64,000 bases of DNA from Candidatus Phycocordibacter aenigmaticus (GCA_045401115.1 CP174359.1:355247-419246); one strand, 5' to 3'; shown: positions 37,590-47,930, counted from the first letter of the stretch. A program made the numbers and translations. The notes: generated by a model from the letters alone, not told the origin.

Positions 37590-38096
37590 ATGGAGAAAAA
37601 AGTTTCCGTGAGTTTGGTAGACCAGCCAAACTATTCCTATACGCTTACTGAGCCGGTAGGGAAGAATTTTGACCCTGAATTTACGCCACACCTTACCCCC
37701 AAAGAGATGCTTGAGTTGGGCGTATTTTGTGGTCAATATATGCGCGACGGTGCCAAGGAATTTCCTGACTCATGGTTTACAAAAGCAAAGTTTACTAAAG
37801 GAGACAAAGCGGATTGCTCACTCAACTATTTTAAGGTGAATGCAAGCCAACCGCTTAGCGCATGGCAGGAAAAAGGATGGATACATCCAGACGATCCACG
37901 TGGGTGGTTTCAGTGGTACTGTCGGTATTACATGGGAAGGCGTCATGAGGATGATGAACGACAAATAAAGCGATGGAAGGCGTTTAGACGCCATGCAGCA
38001 CAAGTGCGAAACAACTGCGAGAGAGGAGATATGGGTTGTCGGTCCAAACAGCGCCAGGCCCTTCTGCACTGGGCATATGATAGTCGAAAATTATAA
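37590..38096 (+). CDS. Conserved hypothetical protein (Trp/Cys-rich; GWFQWYCRYYMGRR motif)
   Basis: 168-aa ORF with terminator; family not identified with confidence. Confidence 0.45.
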   Translation: MEKKVSVSLVDQPNYSYTLTEPVGKNFDPEFTPHLTPKEMLELGVFCGQYMRDGAKEFPDSWFTKAKFTKGDKADCSLNYFKVNASQPLSAWQEKGWIHPDDPRGWFQWYCRYYMGRRHEDDERQIKRWKAFRRHAAQVRNNCERGDMGCRSKQRQALLHWAYDSRKL

Positions 38097-38121
38097 AAAC
38101 CCGGTTTCGCCGGGTTTTTAT
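38096..38121. terminator. Bidirectional terminator between convergent genes
   Basis: AAAAACCCGG-TTTCG-CCGGGTTTTTA. Confidence 0.7.
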
Positions 38122-38122
38122 A

Positions 38123-38593
38123 TTAACTACCTTTCACTTTCACTTTCGTTTGCCTGTCTTTATTTAACTTCGGTAGTTTTATAGTGAGTAGGCCATGTTT
38201 TTCATTTGCTTCGGCACCATCAACATCAATTTCCGCCGGTAGGACGATGGTTCGTGAGAATCCACCCCAGAAAAGCTCACGGTACACATAGTCATCCTCA
38301 TCAATCTCTTTTTGTTCAACACGTTTTCCGCTAATAGTAACCATGTCGCGCGTAATCGATATATCAAGGTCGTCAGGACGTACGCCAGCTACCAATGCGC
38401 GAATAATGATATCACTGTCGTTTTGGTATACGTCGACAGTCAATTGTGCTTCTCCTGGTTCCTCTACTGGTTCAGGGTGAGTTTCGTCTTGTTGTTGATG
38501 TTGTATCGAAGGCTCAGCGGTTTCCTCAAAATCAAAGCTGTCGTCGTATTGCGTCCCAGTGAGTCTATCGAAGAATGAAGGTTTTTTAGGCAT
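38123..38593 (-). CDS. Small heat-shock protein (Hsp20/alpha-crystallin family)
   Basis: Alpha-crystallin domain ...GGFSRTIVLP...HGLLTIKLPK. Confidence 0.85.
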   Translation of the reverse strand: MPKKPSFFDRLTGTQYDDSFDFEETAEPSIQHQQQDETHPEPVEEPGEAQLTVDVYQNDSDIIIRALVAGVRPDDLDISITRDMVTISGKRVEQKEIDEDDYVYRELFWGGFSRTIVLPAEIDVDGAEANEKHGLLTIKLPKLNKDRQTKVKVKGS

Positions 38594-38615
38594 ACTAATT
38601 TTATTATGTAATAAT

Positions 38616-39341
38616 TTATTTTCTTAAGAATATTTTTTTCCACCAAGCAGGTCGGCTAATTGACTTTACTCTCTCAAGTATGAGTAACAGAAATACAATA
38701 CCTACCCATACCGCTGCAAAAATGGTCAAGAGCAAGTCTGCGCGTGTATTAATTATAGAGAAATTAAAAACAGCGTGCAACAGAATGGCGAGGATAACTC
38801 CCACAGTACCATACAGTATTTGTATACTTTTTCGTTTATAGAACGCAAAGGCAAGTGCGCCGGCAATTACTGCACTTGAAAGTACATGAATGAGTGTTGC
38901 GCCTAAGAATCGAAGATTGCCCGTTATTAATCCGTGCTCAAATTGACCTTGTGCAAGCGGAGTAAGAAGAAAGAGCATATTTTCAAGTGCCGCAAAACCA
39001 AGCGCAACGGTAATAAAATAAATAGGAACATCAATTGGTTCATCAACTGCACGATTACGCAGCGCCACGAGCCACGCTGCACCGAATTTAAGTAGTTCTT
39101 CCGCTGCGGCCCAGATAAGAAGGAGCGGAAACCCAAGTGCAAAATACGTCGCAGCAAATTTTTGTATGGGGAGTACCAAAAGAACACACAACATACCGGC
39201 TCCAAACGTTTTTAATAGAAGTAGTCGTGGTTCAGGTCGCTTAAGATCCTGTAAAAGCCAGAACCCAAGCCAGATAAGCGCAGGGATAAAGCCAATTAAA
39301 AAGGCGTACCCAAATGATTGGACCCAAGAAAAATCAAACAT
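38616..39341 (-). CDS. PrsW-family intramembrane protease (putative)
   Basis: Multi-TM with AAEELLKF (EExxK) and HAVFN motifs. Confidence 0.5.
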   Translation of the reverse strand: MFDFSWVQSFGYAFLIGFIPALIWLGFWLLQDLKRPEPRLLLLKTFGAGMLCVLLVLPIQKFAATYFALGFPLLLIWAAAEELLKFGAAWLVALRNRAVDEPIDVPIYFITVALGFAALENMLFLLTPLAQGQFEHGLITGNLRFLGATLIHVLSSAVIAGALAFAFYKRKSIQILYGTVGVILAILLHAVFNFSIINTRADLLLTIFAAVWVGIVFLLLILERVKSISRPAWWKKIFLRK

Positions 39342-39368
39342 GAGTATATTGTAGCAGTCTTGTTGAGA

Positions 39369-41513
39369 CTATTCTGTGTCTTTTACAGGCCAAGTTGAGA
39401 CCATAAGTATATCGGAATTTTTTTTCGGCAAGCTTTGCCAAATCTCCTCCGTGATAAACGGCATAAACGGGTGAAGCACTTTCAACGAAGTGGTGAGTAT
39501 TTCGTAGAGCGCGTGCTGACGTGATAGTTTCGCCGTTTGATCCTCTCCTTGGAGAATTGGTTTTGATTCTTCAAGTATCGTGTCGGCAATTTCATGCCAG
39601 ATATGGTGATATATTTTTTCAGATGCAAGGTGGAAACGGAATGCCTCTAAATCATGAGTAATATCGGTAAGAGTGTCATAGTGTTCACCAAGACGTTCTT
39701 TATCTTTTTCAGTGTGAACAATTTCTTTTTCAAAATTAATTTCTTCGGTTTCAGTTAAGATAAAACGGGTAATATTCCACAGTTTGTTTGCAAACTTTTT
39801 ATATGCATTCACTTTATTTGGATCAAGGTTAAAATCGGTTCCAGGAGTATTACCAACCACAAGACCCATGCGTAATGCATCAGTTCCGTATGTATCGGTG
39901 ATTTCAAGCGGGCTCACAACATTTCCTTTAGACTTAGACATTTTCTGACCTTTTGAGTCGCGTACAAGTCCATGAAGATACACATACTGAAATGGTGATT
40001 TTCCAGTCATGTATATACCGAGCATCATCATACGGGCTACCCAGAACTGTAAAATATCAGCACCGGTTTCCATGACTGTAGTAGGATAATATGTCTCGAA
40101 ATCTTCACTTGTAGGGAAGTTGAGTGTTGCAAGCGGCCATTGACCTGAAGAGAACCATGTGTCAAACGTATCGGTATCTGCAACCATTTCTCCGTTACAT
40201 TTCTCGCATACGGTAACCGTGTCTTCAATATCTACTACTGCATGATCGCAACTGGTGCAGATTTTTGCAGGGATAGGGATTCCCCAAACAATTTGTCTAG
40301 AAATATTCCAGTCACGAATATTTGAAAGCCAATGGCGTAGTGTTTTTTCGTGCTGTTCAGTGAGCACTACTGTTTCTTTTGTATCAAGGGCTTCAAGCGC
40401 TTTTTTTGCAAGTGGCTCCATCTTAATGAACCATTGGTCTCGCACCTGCGGTTCAATTTCACGGTTGCATTTATAGCACACAGGTACGGTATGTGTGTAT
40501 GCCTCATCAATTTTTACTAAAAGACCTTTTTCTTTTAGTTTCTCTACAATTTTTTCTCTTGCAGTGGTAATAGGCATTCCAGAAAATTCTTCGGCAATAG
40601 GGAGAAGTTTTCCTTGCCAGTCAATAATTTGCTCCATATCGAGGTCATGGCGCTGTGCAATTTCAAAGTCAATTTCTGAATGCCAAGGAGTGATAGTCAT
40701 CGCGCCAGTCCCCATTTCAGGGTCGCCAGCTTCGTCTTTAATAACGGTCGCAGTAATTGGGCCGTTAATCCACTCAAGATCTATAGTTTGTCCGTGTTCA
40801 TATTCTGCGTAACGTTCATCATCAGGATGTACTACTACATATTTATCACCAAACTTTGTCTCTGGTCGAGCGGTACCAATAACAAATGGTCCGTATTGGA
40901 AGTAGTAAAAAGTATCAACACGTTCTTCATGACTAGTTTCAAGGTTTGAAAGTGATGTTTGATGTTTTGGGCACCAGTTTACCGTTCGTTTTCCACGGTA
41001 GAGTAATTCATCATCGCTGAGTTTTTTAAATGTGTTGTACACCAGACGTACCACCCGTTCATCAAGAGTAAATAGATTGCGTGACCAGTCACATGAGGCG
41101 CCAAGTTGTCGTACCTGGTTCTCCATAAACGATTTATTAAAAAGTGTAAAATCTAGGATTTCTTTATAGAGATCTTCACGATCCATACCAAAGCGTGTAC
41201 GCCCTTCTTTTTGGAGTTTTTTCTCGTATACGACTTGTGTTTCAAAACCTGCATGGTCGGCTCCAGGTAACCATAATGCTTGTTTACCTTGCATGCGCGC
41301 AAGGCGAATCATGATGTCTTGGAGTGTAACGAAAAGCGCATGACCTGCGTGTAGACTCCCATTTGCGTTTGGTGGAGGCATGACAATGGTATACGGCTCA
41401 GACCGCTCTCCGGGGAGATTATCGGGGTTAAAGTAACCGCTCTCTTCCCAAAGTTTGTAGATTGCCTCCTCGGTATTTTGTGGGTCGTATGGTTTTAAAA
41501 ACTTATCGTGCAT
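39369..41513 (-). CDS. valS: Valyl-tRNA synthetase (compact, lacks C-terminal coiled coil)
   Basis: PPPNANGSLHAGHA (HIGH region), KMSKSKGNV (KMSKS); 714 aa. Confidence 0.85.
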   Translation of the reverse strand: MHDKFLKPYDPQNTEEAIYKLWEESGYFNPDNLPGERSEPYTIVMPPPNANGSLHAGHALFVTLQDIMIRLARMQGKQALWLPGADHAGFETQVVYEKKLQKEGRTRFGMDREDLYKEILDFTLFNKSFMENQVRQLGASCDWSRNLFTLDERVVRLVYNTFKKLSDDELLYRGKRTVNWCPKHQTSLSNLETSHEERVDTFYYFQYGPFVIGTARPETKFGDKYVVVHPDDERYAEYEHGQTIDLEWINGPITATVIKDEAGDPEMGTGAMTITPWHSEIDFEIAQRHDLDMEQIIDWQGKLLPIAEEFSGMPITTAREKIVEKLKEKGLLVKIDEAYTHTVPVCYKCNREIEPQVRDQWFIKMEPLAKKALEALDTKETVVLTEQHEKTLRHWLSNIRDWNISRQIVWGIPIPAKICTSCDHAVVDIEDTVTVCEKCNGEMVADTDTFDTWFSSGQWPLATLNFPTSEDFETYYPTTVMETGADILQFWVARMMMLGIYMTGKSPFQYVYLHGLVRDSKGQKMSKSKGNVVSPLEITDTYGTDALRMGLVVGNTPGTDFNLDPNKVNAYKKFANKLWNITRFILTETEEINFEKEIVHTEKDKERLGEHYDTLTDITHDLEAFRFHLASEKIYHHIWHEIADTILEESKPILQGEDQTAKLSRQHALYEILTTSLKVLHPFMPFITEEIWQSLPKKNSDILMVSTWPVKDTE

Positions 41514-41595
41514 ATCGCGTAATTATAAAATTCATAATACCACTTTTGCCTTTATTTGCACCGTTATACAGAGGTGGAATGCTTTACAATCAATA

Positions 41596-41629
41596 ATATA
41601 AACGGCTCACCCAGGTGAGCCGTTTATAT
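41596..41629. repeat. AAACGGCTCAC palindromic hairpin (family copy 3) in a divergent intergenic region
   Basis: ATATAAACGGCTCAC-CCAG-GTGAGCCGTTTATAT. Confidence 0.7.
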
Positions 41630-41738
41630 CTATGGCATGTCCGTCCTTTAATGAGGGAAGCGACGAATAAAGTTCTATCACTGCCTAAGCTATTGCAATT
41701 ATAGCTATTATGTTGCATAATAAATATAGATAAAATAT

Positions 41739-42812
41739 ATGCTTTTTTCGCTTAAAGATTGGTTTGTTCCATGTCAACGGAACAACTATCAACCTCATTT
41801 ATTTCACACAATTACCGTTGTGGCGCTTTTTGCAACCATTATATTTTTCTTCGTAGCGGCTCAATTTCTTTCTTACGCATTGACTGATAATCAAGGGTTT
41901 TTAGCAGCGATAGTCTCTTCGGTACTTGTTGACCTGACAAACGCTGATCGTATTGACGAGGGACTTCACGGTCTTTCGGTAAATGAAAAATTGACCCATG
42001 CCGCAGCATTGAAGGCACAGCATATGGCGCAGAATGGATATTTTGCCCATGAGTCTCCCGAAGGATTTTCAGCATGGCATTGGTTAAATGAAGCGGCATA
42101 TGATTTTTCATATGCCGGTGAAAATCTCGCGGTATTTTATGGCAATTCCGAAGATGTGGCACGTGCGTGGATGAACTCTCCACAACATCGCGCAAATATT
42201 TTAAATACACAATTTACTGAAATTGGTATTGCTACTGCAGAAGGAGTATATCAAGGTCGTCCAACGACATTCGTAGTGCAGATGTTCGGTACTCCGCAGG
42301 CTGAACCTGTTGTGCCGGCAACAGTGGCGCAAGAACCTGTGCCAACAGTTTCAGAGCCTGTCGCTGTTGTTGCTGAGGTTGAAAAGGACTCAGTGGTTGA
42401 TAATGAGGCGTTTGCAATGGTGCGCGCAGAAAATAGTGTGCCGACGCCTGAAGAGGTACTTGAAAACGTAGCAGTGCTTCACCAAGAAGATAATTTTATT
42501 GCGCTTAAAAATGTAACTCCTGTAGCACCCACACAAACTAACGTAGAGCCTCAGACAAACTTCATAGAGCGGGTGGTTGCGTCACCAAAAACAACACTCG
42601 CGTACATCTATACAGTGCTCGCAGCACTCCTTAGTAGCGCGTTGGTACTTTCTGTTTTTATTGGTGCCAGTGTCCAAAGCCCGAAGAACGTGGTATCAGC
42701 ACTTGTCCTTTTGGCGATGCTTGGCGCGTTGCTCCATGTATCGCAGGTGAACACTGTGGTTGCCGACGCAGAGGAAACCAGGCGACAACATCTCCAAGAG
42801 GCGAGCTCGTAG
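41739..42812 (+). CDS. CAP/SCP/PR1-like domain protein with N- and C-terminal TM anchors
   Basis: GENLA...ARAWMNSPQHRANIL CAP signature. Confidence 0.7.
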   Translation: MLFSLKDWFVPCQRNNYQPHLFHTITVVALFATIIFFFVAAQFLSYALTDNQGFLAAIVSSVLVDLTNADRIDEGLHGLSVNEKLTHAAALKAQHMAQNGYFAHESPEGFSAWHWLNEAAYDFSYAGENLAVFYGNSEDVARAWMNSPQHRANILNTQFTEIGIATAEGVYQGRPTTFVVQMFGTPQAEPVVPATVAQEPVPTVSEPVAVVAEVEKDSVVDNEAFAMVRAENSVPTPEEVLENVAVLHQEDNFIALKNVTPVAPTQTNVEPQTNFIERVVASPKTTLAYIYTVLAALLSSALVLSVFIGASVQSPKNVVSALVLLAMLGALLHVSQVNTVVADAEETRRQHLQEASS

Positions 42813-42830
42813 GTGCGCGTAGCGCACTGT

Positions 42831-44003
42831 TTATTCAGCGAGTGATTGCGAACCTCGCGCGTTCAGTTCTTTTTCAGTATCTGCTTTGCCGGCGCTGTGG
42901 CGCAAGTATGCGGCGATACCTATCATAATTGCATTATCTCCGGTTAGTCCGCTTTCAGGATAATGAAGCGTTATGTTTGGATGGTGAGAAACCAGTTCCT
43001 CTAATCCTTCACGGATATGTGTATTTGCCGCTACGCCGCCTCCGACCACGAGTGTTTTGGGATGTTGTATTTCAATGGCGCGTTTTGTTTTGTGCACCAA
43101 CACATCACGCGCCGCGTCTTCAAATTCGCGAGCAATATTTTCTTTATCTTCTTGTGAAAGTTCTCCCATGTCACGCACTAAGTAGAGTACAGCCGTTTTC
43201 AGACCTGAAAACGATACATCGCAACTTTCTTCGTGTAACATCGGGCGGGGAAGTGTAATAGGGTTTTCACCACCGCGCTCGCGTGCTTTTGTAGCATATG
43301 CAGATATTTCCGGCCCACCAGGATACTCAAGACCTAAGAGGCGCGCCACTTTATCAAACGCTTCACCTACGGCGTCATCGCGCGTTTGACCCACTAAATT
43401 ATATGCAAACCACTCTTTCATGGTAATAAGTTCAGTGTGTCCACCGGAAATAAGTAGTGCCAGTAATGGCAGTGCAGTGTCAGTAATATGATAGGTGTTT
43501 GGGGTGCGGAGGTCTTTTTTGAGTAGAGCAGAGGTAATGTGTCCTTCCATATGGTCAATGCCGGTCAGGGGAATATCCCAGGCAGCGCTGAGTGCTTGCG
43601 CAAAGGTAACACCGGTCCACAGTGCGGGTTCCAACCCAGGTCCGTTGGTTACAGCAATAAGGTCAATATCAGGTTTCTCGGTCGTTTCAAGGAAATCATT
43701 CACCGCTTTTTTAAATGATTCGTCACGGAGTGGTTCAAGCACATCGTCCGTTATTGTGTTGCAAGAGTCTTGTTTAAGTAGGCCTGCCTGGCGCAATGTT
43801 TCTGTGGTTAGGGGCACCAAATTTTGTTGGTGTTCACGTTTCGCAAGGGAAGGGTACACGCCGCCATACTCAGAGTGCTTAGATGCCTGAGAGTACAAGG
43901 AATCACCCAGAAGGGTATATTGGGATGATTCAATATTACCTGTCGCCTCAAGTACGGTTATTGCGGTCTCGTCACAACTGGTTTCAATGGCTAAAATTTT
44001 CAT
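42831..44003 (-). CDS. tsaD: tRNA N6-adenosine threonylcarbamoyltransferase TsaD (Kae1/Qri7 family)
   Basis: MKILAIETSCDETAI N-terminus, HMEGH metal-binding motif. Confidence 0.9.
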   Translation of the reverse strand: MKILAIETSCDETAITVLEATGNIESSQYTLLGDSLYSQASKHSEYGGVYPSLAKREHQQNLVPLTTETLRQAGLLKQDSCNTITDDVLEPLRDESFKKAVNDFLETTEKPDIDLIAVTNGPGLEPALWTGVTFAQALSAAWDIPLTGIDHMEGHITSALLKKDLRTPNTYHITDTALPLLALLISGGHTELITMKEWFAYNLVGQTRDDAVGEAFDKVARLLGLEYPGGPEISAYATKARERGGENPITLPRPMLHEESCDVSFSGLKTAVLYLVRDMGELSQEDKENIAREFEDAARDVLVHKTKRAIEIQHPKTLVVGGGVAANTHIREGLEELVSHHPNITLHYPESGLTGDNAIMIGIAAYLRHSAGKADTEKELNARGSQSLAE

Positions 44004-44010
44004 ATACAGA

Positions 44011-44213
44011 TGTTGTGGGCGATACAGGACTCGGCGTCAGGTTCCTAAGCTCATTCATCGCTCCGCTCTTCATTCACTAAGGACCTCCTGCCCGGCCTCG
44101 CCGACAAGCACTCGCTCTCGCTCGTCTTGTATACCGGCTCCGGCTTTCTCGTCCTGTGTCGCTGCTACAAACCTAAGTTGCATCATGCATGCGCATACTG
44201 CTCTAAGGTTTTG
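44011..44213 (-). mobile_element. tRNA-Val-flanking structured element D, ending (44011-44030) in a 20/21-nt direct repeat of the tRNA 3' end
   Basis: TGTGGGCGATACAGGACTCG present at 44011-44030 and 44212-44231; GACGCCGAGTCC junction and CCGGGCAGGAG motif on the minus strand. Confidence 0.5.
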
Positions 44214-44287
44214 TGGGCGATACAGGACTCGAACCTGTGACCTCGTCAACGTCAATGACGCGCTCTAGCCAACTGAGCTAATCGCCC
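44214..44287 (-). tRNA. tRNA-Val (anticodon GAC)
   Basis: Reverse complement gives GGGCGATTAGCTCAGTTGGCTAGAGC, anticodon loop TTGACGT, GGTTCGAGTCCTGT T-arm. Confidence 0.9.
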
Positions 44288-44327
44288 TTATTATGGGTGG
44301 GTCCAGTGTAGCTATTTTTAAATCTAT

Positions 44328-44927
44328 ATGCAATTTGGCCCCACCACTATTGTGCTCTATCCCACCGATACGCTTTATGGGCTGGGTGTGGACGCTACGA
44401 GTCCTGAAGCAATAACACGCCTGCAGCATTTAAAAGGGAGAGATGATAAAAAACCCATCTCAATTGTCGTATCCGATATAGCAATGATGAATCAGTATGT
44501 TGAGGTAACTCCGCTTGCACGAAAACTTGCTGAAAAATTTTTACCCGGAAAAATTACGTTGGTGTTAAAAGCAAAGACGCGTCCAGAGAATAGAGATGAT
44601 ACACCACTTGCCTCTGGAGTGGTAAGTCAGGAGGGGACTGTGGGGATACGTATCCCGGATCGTCCAGAAGCGCTTGAACTAGTACGAGATTTGGGGCGGC
44701 CGCTCACCGCAACGAGCGCGAATGTATCAGGTAAAGCAACCGCGCGGACGCCGGAAAAGATTCTCCTCCAGTTTAACGAAAAAGCGTCCATGATCACTGA
44801 TGTAGTGAGTATCGGAAAACTTCCAATAAGTGAACCTTCCACTGTTATTGATGCGCGTGGAGAGAAACCAATAATTCTTCGTGAGGGCGCTATTCTTACC
44901 GCGACTATTAACGCAGCGGTTTTATAG
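44328..44927 (+). CDS. tsaC: L-threonylcarbamoyladenylate synthase TsaC/YrdC
   Basis: YPTDTLYGLG signature, SANVSG. Confidence 0.85.
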   Translation: MQFGPTTIVLYPTDTLYGLGVDATSPEAITRLQHLKGRDDKKPISIVVSDIAMMNQYVEVTPLARKLAEKFLPGKITLVLKAKTRPENRDDTPLASGVVSQEGTVGIRIPDRPEALELVRDLGRPLTATSANVSGKATARTPEKILLQFNEKASMITDVVSIGKLPISEPSTVIDARGEKPIILREGAILTATINAAVL

Positions 44928-45067
44928 AGAAAAATCAAGAATTGTGGATAAGGGTTGCAATTTTTAAATATATGGTGTAATTTAAGACCTGTTGCAGCCT
45001 TTAATCCAAGGCGCAGCCGATGTATAAAAATACGCGTGGGGGGATACCCCCATAAAAAGAAATCGCA

Positions 45068-45090
45068 AGCCCGTGAGGGCTTTTTTATGT
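45068..45090 (+). terminator. Hairpin plus T-run upstream of the ABC exporter (possible tsaC terminator)
   Basis: AAGCCC-GTGA-GGGCTTTTTT. Confidence 0.45.
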
Positions 45091-45114
45091 GTCGGAAAAA
45101 AGAACAATAGATAT

Positions 45115-46893
45115 ATGGATAAAAAAACAGAACATATCCCACAGCACCCACTATTATTTGTGTGGTTTGCGACAAAACCACATAAGTGGTGGTTTTTCGG
45201 TGCCTTGCTTGCCGTCACTATTGCTAATGGTATTGGTTCAAGTATCCCGTATGTATTTGGGCGTATTGTTGATGTGGCGACACAAACCTCAAGTATGGAA
45301 ACACTTAACCTCACTGGTGTGTGGTACTGGGGCGTCATGTATATAGGCGCATTGGCTGTTATGTATGTTGCATACCGCACAAGTGGTTTTTTAGGTATGC
45401 AGTTTATAACGAGAATGCAGGCTACGGGGTATCACTCACTTTTTGCATACCTCACTAAACATAGCCATACATTCTTTTCAAATCGTTTTGCAGGAGCGTT
45501 AACCAATAAAGTGGCTAACGCTGCTTTTGGTGCAGGTAACTTTGCAGAATCATTTCTTTGGAACTACTACACTACCGTCATTACGTTCCTGGTAACCGGG
45601 GCACTTATTTTCTCAGCAAGTGTTACCGTCGGATTCGTGTTCCTCGCGCTTCTTGTAGTGCTTTTTAGTATGAACTACGTGTTAGTACAGCGTCGTCGTC
45701 CGTTAGTGGTCGCGCACGCAAAAGAAAATTCAGTGCTTCGTGGTATCGCGGTTGATATTGCAAGTAATATTAACGCAGTGCAACAATTTGCACGGCGGAA
45801 ACACGAGTTGGATTTCCTCGGAGTACAAGTTACCAAAGAGCGACTAGCTGATGTAAAGCAGTGGCGGATGAGTGAGTGGGTGTTGACGCTCAACAACGTC
45901 TTAATTGTTATTGCCGCTGCCGTCATGTTGTTTGTATTGGTACGACTTCTTGCTGCGCAAAGTATTACACTCGGGCAGTTTGTGATGGTTCTTACCTTAA
46001 TGTTTGAAGTAGTTGGTGTCCTTACTTTTATAGGGAGTCTTATGAACGGCTTTATTCGGCGTTATGGTGAAATTGAGGAAGGACTCGATGAGGTGCTCAA
46101 ACCACATGGCATCACCAATTATCCCAAAGCCGGGGATCTTGCAGTAGGCGATGGTGTGCTTTCGTTTAACGATGTCGGTTTTTCCTACGGCACACACGAT
46201 GTCTTTAAAAACTTGAATCTTACGATTAAAAGTGGAGAACGCGTTGGTGTGGTAGGTGCCTCTGGTGCTGGTAAAACAACATTGGTTTCGCTTGTACTAC
46301 GCCAGCATGACGTACATGAAGGAATGGTGGAAATTGATGGTCAGAATATTCGCAAAGTGACTCTCGACTCGCTCCGCTCTGCTATTGCCGTGGTGCCACA
46401 AGAACCAGCTCTCTTCCATAGGACTCTTAAAGAGAATATTGCCTACGGCAATCCAAACGCGACCGACGAGGAGATCGTTGAAGCCGCAAAACAGGCACAG
46501 GCGCATGCGTTTATTCAAGAACTTCCTGAAGGATATGACACTTTAGTGGGTGAGCGTGGTATTAAACTTTCTGGTGGACAACGGCAACGTATCGCTATTG
46601 CGCGTGCACTGCTTAAGAATGCGCCATTTTTGGTACTTGATGAGGCAACAAGCGCGCTTGATAGCGAAAGCGAAGTTGAGATTCAAAAAGCATTCCACAC
46701 ACTCATGGAGGGGAAGACAGTGATTGCTATTGCGCATCGCCTCTCAACACTGCGCGAGATGGACCGCATTATTGTGTTTGAAGAAGGGAAGATTGTCCAA
46801 GACGGCACCCATGAGGAACTTCTCAAAGAAGAGGGAGGAGTCTATGCACGTTTATGGAATCATCAAGCAGGTGGTTTCCTCCAGGACGATTGA
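45115..46893 (+). CDS. ABC exporter, fused permease/ATPase (MsbA/lipid-exporter-like)
   Basis: 6-TM domain then Walker A GASGAGKTT, LSGGQRQRIAIARAL, Walker B LVLDEATSALD. Confidence 0.85.
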   Translation: MDKKTEHIPQHPLLFVWFATKPHKWWFFGALLAVTIANGIGSSIPYVFGRIVDVATQTSSMETLNLTGVWYWGVMYIGALAVMYVAYRTSGFLGMQFITRMQATGYHSLFAYLTKHSHTFFSNRFAGALTNKVANAAFGAGNFAESFLWNYYTTVITFLVTGALIFSASVTVGFVFLALLVVLFSMNYVLVQRRRPLVVAHAKENSVLRGIAVDIASNINAVQQFARRKHELDFLGVQVTKERLADVKQWRMSEWVLTLNNVLIVIAAAVMLFVLVRLLAAQSITLGQFVMVLTLMFEVVGVLTFIGSLMNGFIRRYGEIEEGLDEVLKPHGITNYPKAGDLAVGDGVLSFNDVGFSYGTHDVFKNLNLTIKSGERVGVVGASGAGKTTLVSLVLRQHDVHEGMVEIDGQNIRKVTLDSLRSAIAVVPQEPALFHRTLKENIAYGNPNATDEEIVEAAKQAQAHAFIQELPEGYDTLVGERGIKLSGGQRQRIAIARALLKNAPFLVLDEATSALDSESEVEIQKAFHTLMEGKTVIAIAHRLSTLREMDRIIVFEEGKIVQDGTHEELLKEEGGVYARLWNHQAGGFLQDD

Positions 46894-46969
46894 ACCCTTC
46901 TCGTTTAATTCATTTAAAAACACTACGATTATCCGTAGTGTTTTTAAATGAGTGGCGCTCCGCTCTTAA

Positions 46970-47779
46970 TTACTCTAATATATTTTCTTTTTTAATATAT
47001 AAACGTTCTATATATTCTTTATCTAAATATGTACGTAATGCCATTTTCCACCAGTCGTATACTTCATTGCCGGTATTTTTGTACAAAGTTTCAGCAGTGT
47101 GCAGCTTGCCGCCTCTCACTAATTCAGTGGCAGGAGGTAACATATACTTTTCAAGGAAAGGTGCTGTCTCGGAAACGAGTACCTGTAAGAGAGGATAGTG
47201 AGTATGTCTTTTATTGAAGTGCTTTATATAGTAATCATGCGGTATATCAATTTTCCCTAATACAGCATCAGATACATTAATAGTGAAAGCAGAGTTGCCA
47301 GCATAGAGTTCGTGTAAAGATTCGCATAATGCATCAAAACGGTCGAAAAATTTCACAACCTGACTTTCCAGTGTGTTTTTATGCATCACTTCCATAAGGA
47401 GAGAGCGATAGTTGTAGTTATGTATTTCTTGTGGAAATTGTGAGGCTAGTTCATTAATTGCATCTACCTCGTCTAAATCTACCTGTTGCAGCACCGCACG
47501 TCCCATTTTTGCTTTGTGTCCAGCTTGCACATCTCCTGTAATAATCTCAGCATCATCATGCACTAAAGCCATGGTAATAGCCTTTGTGGTATCGAAACTT
47601 TTATCAAAAAACTGTTCAATCAATGGCGCGGCTTTAGTTATCAAACATGCAACTTTAAGAGAGTGAAAATAAACCGTCGGACGGTAAAACATTGGGGAAT
47701 AAATATGAAATCGGCCAATCTGCTCTAGTGCTGCCTTCCTTCCTTGGAATGCGTCTAATTCTGTAATAGTAGAATTCAT
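46970..47779 (-). CDS. HD-domain phosphohydrolase (YfbR-like 5'-nucleotidase family)
   Basis: H...HDDAE...D metal-binding motifs. Confidence 0.65.
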   Translation of the reverse strand: MNSTITELDAFQGRKAALEQIGRFHIYSPMFYRPTVYFHSLKVACLITKAAPLIEQFFDKSFDTTKAITMALVHDDAEIITGDVQAGHKAKMGRAVLQQVDLDEVDAINELASQFPQEIHNYNYRSLLMEVMHKNTLESQVVKFFDRFDALCESLHELYAGNSAFTINVSDAVLGKIDIPHDYYIKHFNKRHTHYPLLQVLVSETAPFLEKYMLPPATELVRGGKLHTAETLYKNTGNEVYDWWKMALRTYLDKEYIERLYIKKENILE

Positions 47780-47930
47780 GTGACGGTTTCAGTATAGCAG
47801 CTTACCAATTATGAATGATTTGTATCTGATATTAAAAAATCCTATTGTCAGTGCAGTAGATCTTTATGTGTTTTCAAGGTGGGCATAACTAATTGCTTTT
47901 CATTTCTCAGCATCTAGAATAGGAATAGAT

